A DNA stretch of 64,000 nucleotides, taken from positions 8,437 to 72,436 of the forward strand of contig CALVIC010000003.1 of the NCBI GenBank assembly GCA_944329365.1, read 5' to 3'. This document shows, in pieces, positions 37,311 through 46,586 of this stretch. The notes under the pieces were generated by a model. The model had not been told where the DNA came from. It searched no databases and saw nothing but the letters and a program-made list of their open reading frames with translations. The position numbers and the translations under genes are program-made. The DNA is from an uncultured Bacilli bacterium. Lineage in GTDB: Bacteria; Bacillota_I; Bacilli_A; RF39; UBA660. The first letter of the stretch is position 1. Every line of letters begins with the position of its first letter.

Positions 37311-38219
37311 CTAAAATTTTGTAATTTTAGTATTGCTATAGTAATGTTTTAAAATTTTTTTATAATCATATCCTTCTTTGGCCATTCCGTTGGCTCCGTA
37401 CTGGCTCATACCGACACCGTGACCAAATCCTTTAGTGGTAATGGTTATGTTTTGTTCATTTTGAGAGATTGTGAAGCAATTAGATCTTAATGATAGTTTT
37501 GAAGCAAAATCTCGTCCATTAAATTCGGTTCCATTTATTTTTAAAGTTTTTATGCGTCCAGTAGCTGTTTGTGAGGTTATTTCAACAGTTAGGGTTTCAT
37601 TATATGGTAACGATAGTTTGTTATAGAAGTCTTGAAGAGATATGGTAGCTGTATCAGTATATACTGGTGACTTTTCATCCCAAGTACTTGCGACACTTCT
37701 TAGGTAGGGAAGGGCAGTGACAAAAACATCTTCACTATTTTCGGTTTGACCTGTGCTTGTGGAAAAGAACATGGCATTTATTACTTTACCGTCGTATGTG
37801 AGGTATTCTCCTTTGGTTTCGGCGACTGCTTTTTTTATTTTATTTATTTTTTCTGGATATTCTTCTTTCCAATTGTTTTTTAGTTCTTCATCTGTTAGGT
37901 ATACTTGGTTAGTGGTTGTATCTAAGACATCATAATCTTTATCTTTGCTTCCTTCCATTTGATACATGGCATAGCTTCTAGAGGCGACTGCTTGAGCTTT
38001 TAAAGCTTCTTCTTCAAAGGTGGCTGGCATTTCACCGGCTACTACGCCTTTTACATATTCTTCGAATGGTATTTCGGTAATATTTCCCTGTTCATCTTTG
38101 ACTCTAATTATATTATTGGTCATGTTTTTGAATTTTATTTCATCGATGGGAACAAATATTTTGACAACTAAAAAAGGTATTATGATTACTAATAGTGTAA
38201 CTATAATGAGCTTTTTCAT
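37311..38219 (-). CDS. spoIID: Stage II sporulation protein D (SpoIID/LytB domain lytic transglycosylase)
   Basis: EEALKAQAVASRSYA, FFSTSTGQTE and GHGVGMSQYGANGMA motifs. Confidence 0.85.
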   Translation of the reverse strand: MKKLIIVTLLVIIIPFLVVKIFVPIDEIKFKNMTNNIIRVKDEQGNITEIPFEEYVKGVVAGEMPATFEEEALKAQAVASRSYAMYQMEGSKDKDYDVLDTTTNQVYLTDEELKNNWKEEYPEKINKIKKAVAETKGEYLTYDGKVINAMFFSTSTGQTENSEDVFVTALPYLRSVASTWDEKSPVYTDTATISLQDFYNKLSLPYNETLTVEITSQTATGRIKTLKINGTEFNGRDFASKLSLRSNCFTISQNEQNITITTKGFGHGVGMSQYGANGMAKEGYDYKKILKHYYSNTKITKF

Positions 38220-38239
38220 ACGGTTAGTTTCCTTTCTAG

Positions 38240-38434
38240 TTATACGATTTTAGTAACACTCCAAAAATCATATAAGAAATTAACTACTAAGTACGATAAA
38301 GCCATGGCAACTATTAGATATAATACCCTTGGTGCATAATATCTATTTTTTTTAAATATTCCTGTTATATTAACGCTTTCTAAGGCCCAAACTGTTGTAA
38401 CAAAGATTATGATGTATAAAAAGGCTTTAATCAT
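38240..38434 (-). CDS. DUF1146 (YwzB-like) small membrane protein
   Basis: 64 aa, two TM helices. WALESVNITGIFKKNRYYAPRVLYL resembles B. subtilis YwzB. Confidence 0.55.
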   Translation of the reverse strand: MIKAFLYIIIFVTTVWALESVNITGIFKKNRYYAPRVLYLIVAMALSYLVVNFLYDFWSVTKIV

Positions 38435-38963
38435 AATTGTTAAGCATATCTATTCTTCTTTGGTGACGTTCTTCATTACTGAAGTTTGTTTTTAGAAAGA
38501 CATCTAATATATCTTTGGCCCGGTAAACTGGCATGTCGCCACTTAAGGCGATCGCATTAGCGTCGTTATCAAGTCTTGTATATTTGGCCTCCTTGATATT
38601 GTCAACTTTAGCGCATCTAACGCCTTTGACTTTATTACAAGCGATGCTTATGCCTATTCCACTTCCACAGATGGCAATTCCTTTTTCAACTTTTCCATCG
38701 CGAATTGCTTCTCCTAGTTTAAAACCAAATTCAGGATAGTCATGACTATTTTTATCGTCACATCCATAGTCTATTACAGTATATCCTTTTTTGATTAAAT
38801 ATTTTGTAAGTTTTTGTTTTAAATTATATCCACGATGATCTGAGGCAACGCCAATTTTTTTAGTTGGAATATTTAATTCAACAATGGTGGCTCCTTGATA
38901 ATCATTTTTGACGATATCTTCTAAGGTTGCTTCTTTTTCTTCTTCATTTATTTTCTTTTCCAT
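38427..38963 (-). CDS. rpiB: Ribose-5-phosphate isomerase B (RpiB/LacAB family) with a ~35-aa N-terminal extension
   Basis: IGVASDHRGYNLK and GIAICGSGIGISIACNKVKGVRCA motifs. Confidence 0.85.
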   Translation of the reverse strand: MEKKINEEEKEATLEDIVKNDYQGATIVELNIPTKKIGVASDHRGYNLKQKLTKYLIKKGYTVIDYGCDDKNSHDYPEFGFKLGEAIRDGKVEKGIAICGSGIGISIACNKVKGVRCAKVDNIKEAKYTRLDNDANAIALSGDMPVYRAKDILDVFLKTNFSNEERHQRRIDMLNNYD

Positions 38964-39056
38964 TTTCTATCCTCCTTTGATTTATTATTTACATTATAAC
39001 ACGGTTTTATGAAATGTTTAAGAAGTCCATGAAAAAAGAAAGTTATTTTAAACTTT

Positions 39057-40103
39057 CTAATTTTGTGGGTCAGTTGGAGTACTTGTTGGCATTGATGAGA
39101 AAATATCATAAGGTTCGCTAGGTTGCGTATTTGGCTGAGCAACTGGAGTAGGTGATACACTTGGAGTAGCTACTGGAGTTACCGGAGTATTTACTGGAGT
39201 TTCTACTGGTGTAGCTACTGAAGCTACCGGAGTACTTACTGGAGTTTCAACAGGTGTATCAAATATACTATTTGTATTATTTGGTACAGTTTCTGAAGTA
39301 ACTGGAGTTTCTTCCGGAGTTACTTGTGTATTTACTACCATTGGTGTTGGTTCTTCAGTAATTACTTCTTGAGTTTGCGCTGTTTGAGCTGTTTGGAAAA
39401 CATTTTGTGGAACGTTTGGTTCTGGTGAAACTTTCTCAATTCCTGGTGTTTGTGGAACTCCTTGAACAGCTACATTATTATTTATTTGTGACTCAGGTAT
39501 TGGTTCAGCACTTATTTGATTATTTTCTACTGGCTGAGTCAATGACTCAGGTACATCAAAGCTTTCAGCAACGTTTGGAGTTTGACCAGGAACAACTGGT
39601 TGCTCAGTAACTGGAGCTGGTGATCCAATTGGTGGTGTTGGCATTGTTACATTAGGTGTTTCTGTTTCCATTGGAGTTACACGATTTTTCTTTAATTTAA
39701 AGTATTTTACAACTGCCAATACAAAGATAACTAAGCATATTAATGAATATACTAGTAAAAGTATTGTATTTAATGAAGTACTTGTACTTACTGTTGTTTG
39801 TACACCGTTTTGAACTGTTGTATGAGTGTTAGATATGTCAGCACCCGGTATGAAACTAATTATAAATGGAATTATAACCAAGATTATTCCGAATACTTTA
39901 CCAACAACAAGTTTTCCCATTAAATAAGTATTTAGAAGTGGAATCCAAGCCATTGGTGTTCCTTTTCCATAAATTAATTTGTTTAGTTTTCCTAAGAAAA
40001 CTCCCATAAAGACATACATAATAATTATAAGTATTAAAATTGCGATTAAGAATGCACCGATAAATGCAAATCCTGAAAAAATAACGCTTTCCATTTTTTT
40101 CAT
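39057..40103 (-). CDS. Membrane protein with a long Pro/Thr/Val-rich low-complexity C-terminal region
   Basis: 348 aa. Three to four TM helices, then an ETPV/TPV-rich tail (TPVETPVSTPVASVATPVETPVNTPVTPVATP). Confidence 0.55.
   Translation of the reverse strand: MKKMESVIFSGFAFIGAFLIAILILIIIMYVFMGVFLGKLNKLIYGKGTPMAWIPLLNTYLMGKLVVGKVFGIILVIIPFIISFIPGADISNTHTTVQNGVQTTVSTSTSLNTILLLVYSLICLVIFVLAVVKYFKLKKNRVTPMETETPNVTMPTPPIGSPAPVTEQPVVPGQTPNVAESFDVPESLTQPVENNQISAEPIPESQINNNVAVQGVPQTPGIEKVSPEPNVPQNVFQTAQTAQTQEVITEEPTPMVVNTQVTPEETPVTSETVPNNTNSIFDTPVETPVSTPVASVATPVETPVNTPVTPVATPSVSPTPVAQPNTQPSEPYDIFSSMPTSTPTDPQN
39130..39330. repeat. Imperfect tandem coding repeats (ACTGGAGT-type units encoding TPV/ETPV)
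   Basis: The plus strand shows reiterated units such as ggagtagctactggagttaccggagtatttactggagtttctactggtgtagctactgaagctaccggagtacttactggagtttc. Confidence 0.7.
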
Positions 40104-40191
40104 CCCCTTATTCTAATTAATATTATATCATATATATTTATTGTTTTTTTATTAAATTGTTTTTTTTTAGTTATTTTATATCTAAAAGTGT

Positions 40192-40217
40192 AAAAAAATA
40201 GAGATTTTTCTCTATTT
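40192..40217 (-). terminator. Rho-independent terminator of the rpsF-ssb-rpsR operon
   Basis: AAATAGAGA (40196-40204) pairs with TCTCTATTT (40209-40217) around a 4-nt loop. A T-run follows on the minus strand. The rpsR TAG stop lies inside the stem. Confidence 0.65.
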
Positions 40218-40427
40218 AACAAATGGTAACAAAGCAATAAATCTAGCTTTTTTTACTTCACCAGCAATATATCTTTGATGTCTTGCACAGGTACCTGTAA
40301 TTCTTCTTGGTAAGATTTTACCTTTATCATTGCTGATGTATTTTTTTAAATTTTCATCTTTATAATCTACATGTTTACCAGCACATAATTGGCAAACTTT
40401 TTTCTTTTTTCTACGATATTCAGCCAT
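40212..40427 (-). CDS. rpsR: 30S ribosomal protein S18
   Basis: 71 aa. [32 protein letters not shown]. Confidence 0.95.
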   Translation of the reverse strand: MAEYRRKKKKVCQLCAGKHVDYKDENLKKYISNDKGKILPRRITGTCARHQRYIAGEVKKARFIALLPFVK

Positions 40428-40443
40428 GTTTATCCTCCTTTTT

Positions 40444-40911
40444 CTATTCTAGAAAATTATCGTCTATTGATACATTATCACCAAAATCAGCAAAAGGATC
40501 ATCTTCGACATTAACATCGTTTTGTGGGGCAGGTGAACTTGCAGGAGCATCTTGATAATCATATGGTGTTGAGGTTGCACGAGCTTCGGCTTGTCTTCTA
40601 CTATCTAGGAATTGAACGTTATCAGCAACAACGTCTGTTGTATAACGGCGATTACCAGATTGATCTGTATAACTTCCTGTTTGAATTCTTCCTTCGATAG
40701 AAACTTGACTACCTTTATCTAAATAATTAACAATATTTTCTGCTTGTCTACGCCAAACAACAATATTAATGAAGTCAGCTTCTCTTTCGCCTTGGGCATT
40801 ATTAAATGTACGGTTAACTGCTAAACTAAAACGAGTATATGGAATATTAGTTCCTGTGTAACGAAGTTCTGGCTTGGCAGTAATTCTACCGACTAAACAA
40901 ACTCTATTCAT
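40444..40911 (-). CDS. ssb: Single-stranded DNA-binding protein
   Basis: [19 protein letters not shown] forms the OB fold. Acidic C-terminal tail DDNFLE. Confidence 0.95.
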   Translation of the reverse strand: MNRVCLVGRITAKPELRYTGTNIPYTRFSLAVNRTFNNAQGEREADFINIVVWRRQAENIVNYLDKGSQVSIEGRIQTGSYTDQSGNRRYTTDVVADNVQFLDSRRQAEARATSTPYDYQDAPASSPAPQNDVNVEDDPFADFGDNVSIDDNFLE

Positions 40912-40930
40912 TTTTTGTACCTCTCTTTTC

Positions 40931-41221
40931 TTATCCTTCTATTTTAGTAATTAAATGACGGACAATATTTTTGTTGATACGTGATAGACGGTCAAATTCT
41001 TTAATTGCTTTATCATCTTCTGATTCAAGATTAAACAAGAAATAGTAACCACTCTTGAAATCATTAATTTCATAAGCTAATTCTCTTTGTCCTAAATTGT
41101 CTTGTTTAGTTAATTTACCACCATTATCAGTAATGATTTTTGCACATTCATCGGCAACTTTTTTTACTTCGTCCTCGCTTAATGTTGGTTTAACGATAAA
41201 CATGATTTCATAGTTTCTCAT
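40931..41221 (-). CDS. rpsF: 30S ribosomal protein S6
   Basis: MRNYEIMFIVKPTLSE...GQRELAYEI. Confidence 0.95.
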   Translation of the reverse strand: MRNYEIMFIVKPTLSEDEVKKVADECAKIITDNGGKLTKQDNLGQRELAYEINDFKSGYYFLFNLESEDDKAIKEFDRLSRINKNIVRHLITKIEG

Positions 41222-41282
41222 TTTTACACCTCCTTATGGTCTTTTGGCTTCTTTTTGAAGCAAGGAGTAATTAAATTACTCG
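41222..41282 (-). promoter_or_regulatory. Structured 5' leader of rpsF (candidate S6:S18 autoregulatory leader)
   Basis: Two hairpins in the predicted leader: GAGTAAT-TTA-ATTACTC (41265-41281) and GCTTC-5nt-GAAGC (41247-41261). Assignment to the known rpsF leader motif is unverified. Confidence 0.3.
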
Positions 41283-41288
41283 TTTATG

Positions 41289-41317
41289 ATTATAACAAAT
41301 TATATTTTAAAAGTAAA
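41289..41317 (-). promoter_or_regulatory. Sigma-A-type promoter of rpsF
   Basis: Minus strand reads TTTACT, a 17-nt spacer, then TGtTATAAT. Confidence 0.45.
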
Positions 41318-41433
41318 GTTTTCATGTGTATTTTTCGTTTTATTCAATGTTTGTTTTATAAAAATTTCTAATTTTAATTCAGTCTTTTAAAAAAAATGTC
41401 AACAGTTTAAATTCGTCAAAATTTGATATCATT

Positions 41434-41937
41434 TTATTTTAGATTGGCAATTAAGGTTATTACTGAATCTATTAAATATAATATTATTAAAATTACGGTT
41501 ATTATTTTTGGAATTTTGAGTTTTATTTTATCAACTATTGGTTTGATTAAATAAACTAAAATAAATGCTAATTGAGCCCAAAAAAGCGATATTTCTAAAG
41601 CAATATATTTTCCAATATGAAATTTATAGTTTTTATAATTCCATAATGTTTCATGAAATATATTTTCTAGAAATATTCCACCTAACCATTCAAGGGCGGT
41701 TAGAGTTATAATTATGGCTATAAAAAACATTAAATTTTTGACAAATTTATTTTGATTTGATTTTTCAAATATAGATTTATGAATTTGTATTGTCAGTATG
41801 GCTCCTATTCCATATATGGGCGTCCATGGTCCATACATTATTCCACTTGAAAAATGATTTGAAGTAATTAAGTTATATGTTGCTTCAAAGAAAAAACCTA
41901 GTACTGAATAAATAAAAAAACAATTAATTATAGGCAT
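41434..41937 (-). CDS. Polytopic membrane protein (possibly the 'putative ABC-transporter type IV' family)
   Basis: 167 aa, four to five TM helices. The N-terminus is FIYSVLGFFFEATYNLI. Confidence 0.4.
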   Translation of the reverse strand: MPIINCFFIYSVLGFFFEATYNLITSNHFSSGIMYGPWTPIYGIGAILTIQIHKSIFEKSNQNKFVKNLMFFIAIIITLTALEWLGGIFLENIFHETLWNYKNYKFHIGKYIALEISLFWAQLAFILVYLIKPIVDKIKLKIPKIITVILIILYLIDSVITLIANLK

Positions 41938-41974
41938 ATTATCACCATTATTAATATGCTTTTTTTAATTGTTT

Positions 41975-43072
41975 TTAAACATTAAATCTAAAGTGACAGA
42001 TATCTCCATCTTGCATAACATATTCTTTTCCTTCAAGTCTTAGCTTTCCAGCTTCTTTGACTTTAAGTTCACTTCCATATTTTTTTAGGTCATCGAAGCT
42101 CATGATTTCAGCTTTAATAAATCCTTTTTGAAAATCCGTGTGGATTATTCCAGCACATTCGGGAGCTTTCATGCCTTGTTTGTATGTCCACGCTCTTACT
42201 TCGTCTGGGCCAGCAGTTAGGTAAGTGGATAAACCTAGCAATTTATATGAGGCTTTGACTAATTTATCTAGGCCACTTTCATTAATTCCTAGGTCGTTTA
42301 AGAATTCTTTTTTCTCTTCATCATCTAGGTCACTTAGTTCTTCTTCGATTTTAGCGCATATAACTACTACTTCGGCATTTTCTTTAGATGCGTATTCTTT
42401 TAAATCTTTGACGTATTTATTTTCGTTTGTAAGTGATTCTTCATTTACGTTAGCTACATAAATAATCGGCTTTAATGTAAGGAAGTGGAACGGTTTTAGA
42501 ATTAAAAGTTCTTCTTCGTCAAATTCCAAATTACGAAGACATATTTCTTTAGTTAGAGCGTCTTTTATTTTTTCTAATAGTTCAGCTTCTTTTTTTGCTT
42601 CTTTATCAGAAGACATTCTAGCTTTTTTGCCCATTTTGTTTAATCTGTTTTCAGCTACTTCTAAGTCGGCAAGAATAAGTTCGAGATTTATATCTTCGAC
42701 ATCTCTTATTGGGTCGACTTTGCCTGAGACATGGGTTATATTATCGTCATCAAAACACCTAACGACTTCACAGATGGCATCGACTTCTCTAATATGTGAT
42801 AGAAATTTATTGCCTAGTCCTTCTCCTTTAGATGATCCTTTTACTAATCCAGCTATATCAGTAAATTCAAATGTAGCGGGTATTGTTTTTTTAGGTTTAT
42901 ATAAATCACTTAAAAATTTTACTCGTTCGTCAGGAACCGTAACAATTCCAACGTTTGGTTCGATTGTCGCAAAAGGATAATTTGCGGCTAAGATATTTTG
43001 CTTGGTTATTGCGTTAAATAGGGTAGACTTACCAACATTTGGCAGTCCAACTAAACCTGCAGTTAAACTCAT
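41975..43072 (-). CDS. ychF: Ribosome-binding ATPase YchF
   Basis: GLVGLPNVGKSTLFNAIT, DIAGLVKGSSKGEGLGN and a C-terminal TGS-like domain. Confidence 0.95.
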   Translation of the reverse strand: MSLTAGLVGLPNVGKSTLFNAITKQNILAANYPFATIEPNVGIVTVPDERVKFLSDLYKPKKTIPATFEFTDIAGLVKGSSKGEGLGNKFLSHIREVDAICEVVRCFDDDNITHVSGKVDPIRDVEDINLELILADLEVAENRLNKMGKKARMSSDKEAKKEAELLEKIKDALTKEICLRNLEFDEEELLILKPFHFLTLKPIIYVANVNEESLTNENKYVKDLKEYASKENAEVVVICAKIEEELSDLDDEEKKEFLNDLGINESGLDKLVKASYKLLGLSTYLTAGPDEVRAWTYKQGMKAPECAGIIHTDFQKGFIKAEIMSFDDLKKYGSELKVKEAGKLRLEGKEYVMQDGDICHFRFNV

Positions 43073-43130
43073 TTACATCACCGATACATATTATACTATA
43101 AATTTCTTTAATTTAAAAGACAAAGCGTGA

Positions 43131-43994
43131 CTACTTTGTCTTTAGATTTTCGATAAAATTCGGGTCATATTTATTTTGGAAGATACTTTGGTCATATAAG
43201 AACAAAGATATACTTCCTATATATTTTGCTTCTTCAGGAATTGAGTCATTTGTATTTGGTGTTTCATCTCTTCTTCGATTAAGGTGTCTTTCTTCTTGAA
43301 GTGATAATTCATAGCGGTATTTATAGATTCCATTTATGATGCAAAGTAGAACTGTATCTTCACTGTCTAGGGCATAAATATCGGCACCACTAAACATTTT
43401 TCGGTCACCACAATCATAGATTGAAATTAATGTGTTTTCTTTATATATACAATAAGCATAACCACTTGCTGTTTCTACTTGATACATATAGTAATTAGAA
43501 CCTTTCCAATTTATAACATCATAATAGTAATTAGCTTTGGTATTGATATCGACAAATTCATATTTACGCATTATACCAACTACAGTATTATTTAAACTTA
43601 TATGAATTTCTGTACGGTCGAAATAGTTATATGTAGTTTGGCCTGTTTGATAAGCATAAAATGGACCGTCTTGATATCCTGATGGGGTAGCTACTTTGAC
43701 TGTTTCAATTTTATATGTTTGGTTAGATTGTTCATCTTCATATTCAGCATTGATATTTATCATATTATCATTGAAGCCTTTGGCATTTTTGATGTTTTTA
43801 ATTATTTCTATAAGATTACTATTATCTTTTAATTCTACTTCAAGTTTTCCTATCTTTTTGCCATTTGATTTAAAGGTTGTAATATTTTTAGGTTTGGTTT
43901 TAAAAATCGGTATTGGAATTCCATTGATACCAATAGAACCAGTTGTTCCTGAATTAGTGTGGCCATTACTAACGTTAATTATCACAATTATCAT
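43131..43994 (-). CDS. Hypothetical protein (start uncertain)
   Basis: 287-aa ORF that is Tyr/Asn-rich. No motif recognised. Confidence 0.4.
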   Translation of the reverse strand: MIIVIINVSNGHTNSGTTGSIGINGIPIPIFKTKPKNITTFKSNGKKIGKLEVELKDNSNLIEIIKNIKNAKGFNDNMININAEYEDEQSNQTYKIETVKVATPSGYQDGPFYAYQTGQTTYNYFDRTEIHISLNNTVVGIMRKYEFVDINTKANYYYDVINWKGSNYYMYQVETASGYAYCIYKENTLISIYDCGDRKMFSGADIYALDSEDTVLLCIINGIYKYRYELSLQEERHLNRRRDETPNTNDSIPEEAKYIGSISLFLYDQSIFQNKYDPNFIENLKTK

Positions 43995-44075
43995 CTCCTG
44001 TTTTTATTTTATCATAGGCATAAGTGTTTTGGTTTTATAAATATAGCTTGTTTACAACAATATACAGAAATTTAC

Positions 44076-44101
44076 AAAAAAAAGAAGTTTTTAAACTTCT
44101 T
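44076..44101 (-). terminator. Rho-independent terminator of the AbgT-like gene
   Basis: AAGAAGTTT (44082-44090) pairs with AAACTTCTT (44093-44101). A T8 run follows on the minus strand. The stop codon sits at the stem edge. Confidence 0.6.
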
Positions 44102-45626
44102 AGATAGTTGGAGTTGCGCCTGGTCCAAGAGGCAAACCTAATACTAACCAACCGATTAGGATAATTGCCCAAACAATTGTAAATATAATAACTGTCGGTC
44201 TTAGTAAGTTTAAAGTCCCAAAAACGGTTATCTTATGACTTTCTTTACTGTTATATTTTTCAAGAAAGGCAAGCATGACAATAAAGTAAACAAAGAATGG
44301 AGTTATACCTTTTCCGACACTGTCAGCAGCTTTGAATATGAACTGAGTAAAGTCTGGTGTCATGTTGGCTTTCATAAATAGTGGAACTAAGATAGGTGAG
44401 GCAAGGGTCCATTTAGTTATTGCGTCTGGGACTAAGAATGACATGATAATTATTACAAAGAACATCGTAATAACTAGTGGGATTCCAGTAAACTCGAGGC
44501 TACTCATAAATGAGATTAACCATGAAGCAACTACTGTTCCTAGGTTAGTCCAATTTAAGATACTAACCATTAGTGAGGCAAAGAACATTAGAATGAACAT
44601 ATAGCCTAAGTTATCAAATTCTTTGGAGAGGCCAACACTAAAGTCATTAGTATTTTTTAAGTTTTTAGAGATAAATCCATATATACCTGAGCAAATCATC
44701 ATAATAATTAAGAAGACAAAGGCAAAGGCATCTCTGAATGGAGCATCTTCACCAAGAAGCTGTGCGACGTAGTCACTGGCATCTTGATCTAGAAGGATTC
44801 CTGATCCTGGTAGTCCTGGTATAATCATGTATATGAATATTAAGATACAAATAAAGAATGATATTAAACTAATTACTAAACCTCTTTTAGAGGTTCTAAA
44901 TTCCTCTTCCTCTTTAATTGATTCACCAACTTTTGGTTTTAAGAAATTTTCAATAATGATTGTTCCTATTATCGATAGGATAAAGGTTGAGGCAATCATT
45001 ATGTATATATTCGACCAAGCATTAAAGACGTAATCTTCATCGACATCGATAATGGCAGCTTGTCTAGTAAGCAGTCCTAATTGATAGTCATCAAAGTTAA
45101 AGACTAATCCGGCTCCATAACCCATTGTTAAACCGACAAAAGCGGTTAAAATTCCTAGCATTGAATTTCGACCTAAATACTGATAAACTACGGCAGCCAT
45201 TGGAAGAACTAGAATTAAACCGTATTCACCGAGAAATGATGAAACGATTCCCGTAAATAGGGTAAGGAAAGTTACAATTCCTGGTTTTAATCTTTTGAAC
45301 GGTGTAAAGATTGCTTTAAATAAGCCACTTGCTTTGCCAATGGAAACAGCCATTAGTGAGATTATCAACAAAACTAGAGGTTCAAAGGTTTTAAAGGTAT
45401 CAACTGGTGAAGAAAAGAAATATTTCAGTCCTTCTTCGGAGAAGATGTTTCTAACGGCAACTGCTGATGTTTCCAAGCTATTATTAGTAATTCTAGTTAC
45501 TTCACCTTCAACGCCTAAAAGAGAACAGATGGCACTAATAACCATTATTAATAGGGTTAAGATAATTATTGTGATGACGGGTCCAAGTCGTTTTTTATTT
45601 TTCTTCTTCATGACTATCCTCCTCAA
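44100..45626 (-). CDS. AbgT-family (p-aminobenzoyl-glutamate-type) transporter
   Basis: 508 aa, about 12 TM helices. The N-terminal layout VRNIFSEEGLKYFF parallels E. coli AbgT, which is also 508 aa by my recollection. Confidence 0.6.
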   Translation of the reverse strand: MRRIVMKKKNKKRLGPVITIIILTLLIMVISAICSLLGVEGEVTRITNNSLETSAVAVRNIFSEEGLKYFFSSPVDTFKTFEPLVLLIISLMAVSIGKASGLFKAIFTPFKRLKPGIVTFLTLFTGIVSSFLGEYGLILVLPMAAVVYQYLGRNSMLGILTAFVGLTMGYGAGLVFNFDDYQLGLLTRQAAIIDVDEDYVFNAWSNIYIMIASTFILSIIGTIIIENFLKPKVGESIKEEEEFRTSKRGLVISLISFFICILIFIYMIIPGLPGSGILLDQDASDYVAQLLGEDAPFRDAFAFVFLIIMMICSGIYGFISKNLKNTNDFSVGLSKEFDNLGYMFILMFFASLMVSILNWTNLGTVVASWLISFMSSLEFTGIPLVITMFFVIIIMSFLVPDAITKWTLASPILVPLFMKANMTPDFTQFIFKAADSVGKGITPFFVYFIVMLAFLEKYNSKESHKITVFGTLNLLRPTVIIFTIVWAIILIGWLVLGLPLGPGATPTI

Positions 45627-45801
45627 TAACTGATTTTAATTTTTTATTAAATTCAACGCGGGGAAGCATTATACTGCGACCACAGTTTAAGCATTTTATT
45701 TTAATATCGGCACCAACTCTGATTATTTCCCATTTATTAGCTCCACAAGGATGGGCTTTTTTCATAACGACAATACTTCCTAAATTATATGTTTTATTCA
45801 T
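45595..45801 (-). CDS. DUF951 (YyzM-like) small protein
   Basis: GSIVVMKKAHPCGANKWEIIRVGADIKIKCLNCGRSIMLPRVEF. ATG at 45801 is preferred over the longer track ORF. Confidence 0.75.
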   Translation of the reverse strand: MNKTYNLGSIVVMKKAHPCGANKWEIIRVGADIKIKCLNCGRSIMLPRVEFNKKLKSVIEEDSHEEEK

Positions 45802-46582
45802 TGTTAATATCCAATCTAGTATAGGGTGTTGTAAGTTTGCCTTCTTCAAATTGTTTTTTTATCTCTTTTAGAACTATACGGTTGAATTCAAAATTTTTAA
45901 GTGATTTTACTTCGGCTTCTAATCTATATGTTACAGTTCCAGAAGCAAGTCTTTCAATTCCAAGGACTTTTAATGGGGTTTTAATATATTTGACTTCACG
46001 GTTAATTTTTTGACATATTTCGTTTAAAACTGATTCGATTTTTTCTGAACTATCGTGGCAAGAAAATTCAACATCGATATCACAAATAGATGGTTTTATA
46101 CTGTAATTTACTACTTCAGTAATGTTACGATTGGAAATCATTTTTATTTCTCCACTGGCCGCTCTAATGCTAGTTGTGCGCATACCTAAGGCGGTTACAG
46201 TTCCTCTAAAGCTTCCTATTTGGACATTGTCGCCAACTTTAAATTGACTTTCAGTTAAAATTGTCGTCCCACTAATTAGATCTTTAAGGGTATCTTGCAT
46301 AGCAAGTCCACCAACGACACCAACTACTCCTAAGGATGCGACAAGAGCTTTGGTATCTACTCCCCAGACATCGAGAATCATTAGGAAAGCAACTATTAAA
46401 ATAATATATTTTAGAATATTTGTCACTAATGTTAAGATAGTAAGGGCTTTTCGGTTATCTTTGTCTTTAGCTTTAGCCACTAAAAATCTATTGACTAGTT
46501 TTTTTATAATTATATATACAAAGAAGGAAAAAATGGCAATGCATATTGTCGAGATTACTTCTTTGGTTAATATTTGTTCCAT
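45794..46582 (-). CDS. MscS-family mechanosensitive channel
   Basis: Three TM helices, then LISGTTILTESQFKVGDNVQIGSFRGTVTALGMRTTSIR. Confidence 0.8.
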   Translation of the reverse strand: MEQILTKEVISTICIAIFSFFVYIIIKKLVNRFLVAKAKDKDNRKALTILTLVTNILKYIILIVAFLMILDVWGVDTKALVASLGVVGVVGGLAMQDTLKDLISGTTILTESQFKVGDNVQIGSFRGTVTALGMRTTSIRAASGEIKMISNRNITEVVNYSIKPSICDIDVEFSCHDSSEKIESVLNEICQKINREVKYIKTPLKVLGIERLASGTVTYRLEAEVKSLKNFEFNRIVLKEIKKQFEEGKLTTPYTRLDINNE

Positions 46583-46586
46583 ATAA

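Noticed and set aside
38948-39160. 70-aa minus-strand ORF bridging rpiB and the PT-rich membrane gene
   Set aside because: It overlaps the 5' end of rpiB and the 3' end of the upstream gene in another frame, and no independent signal supports it.
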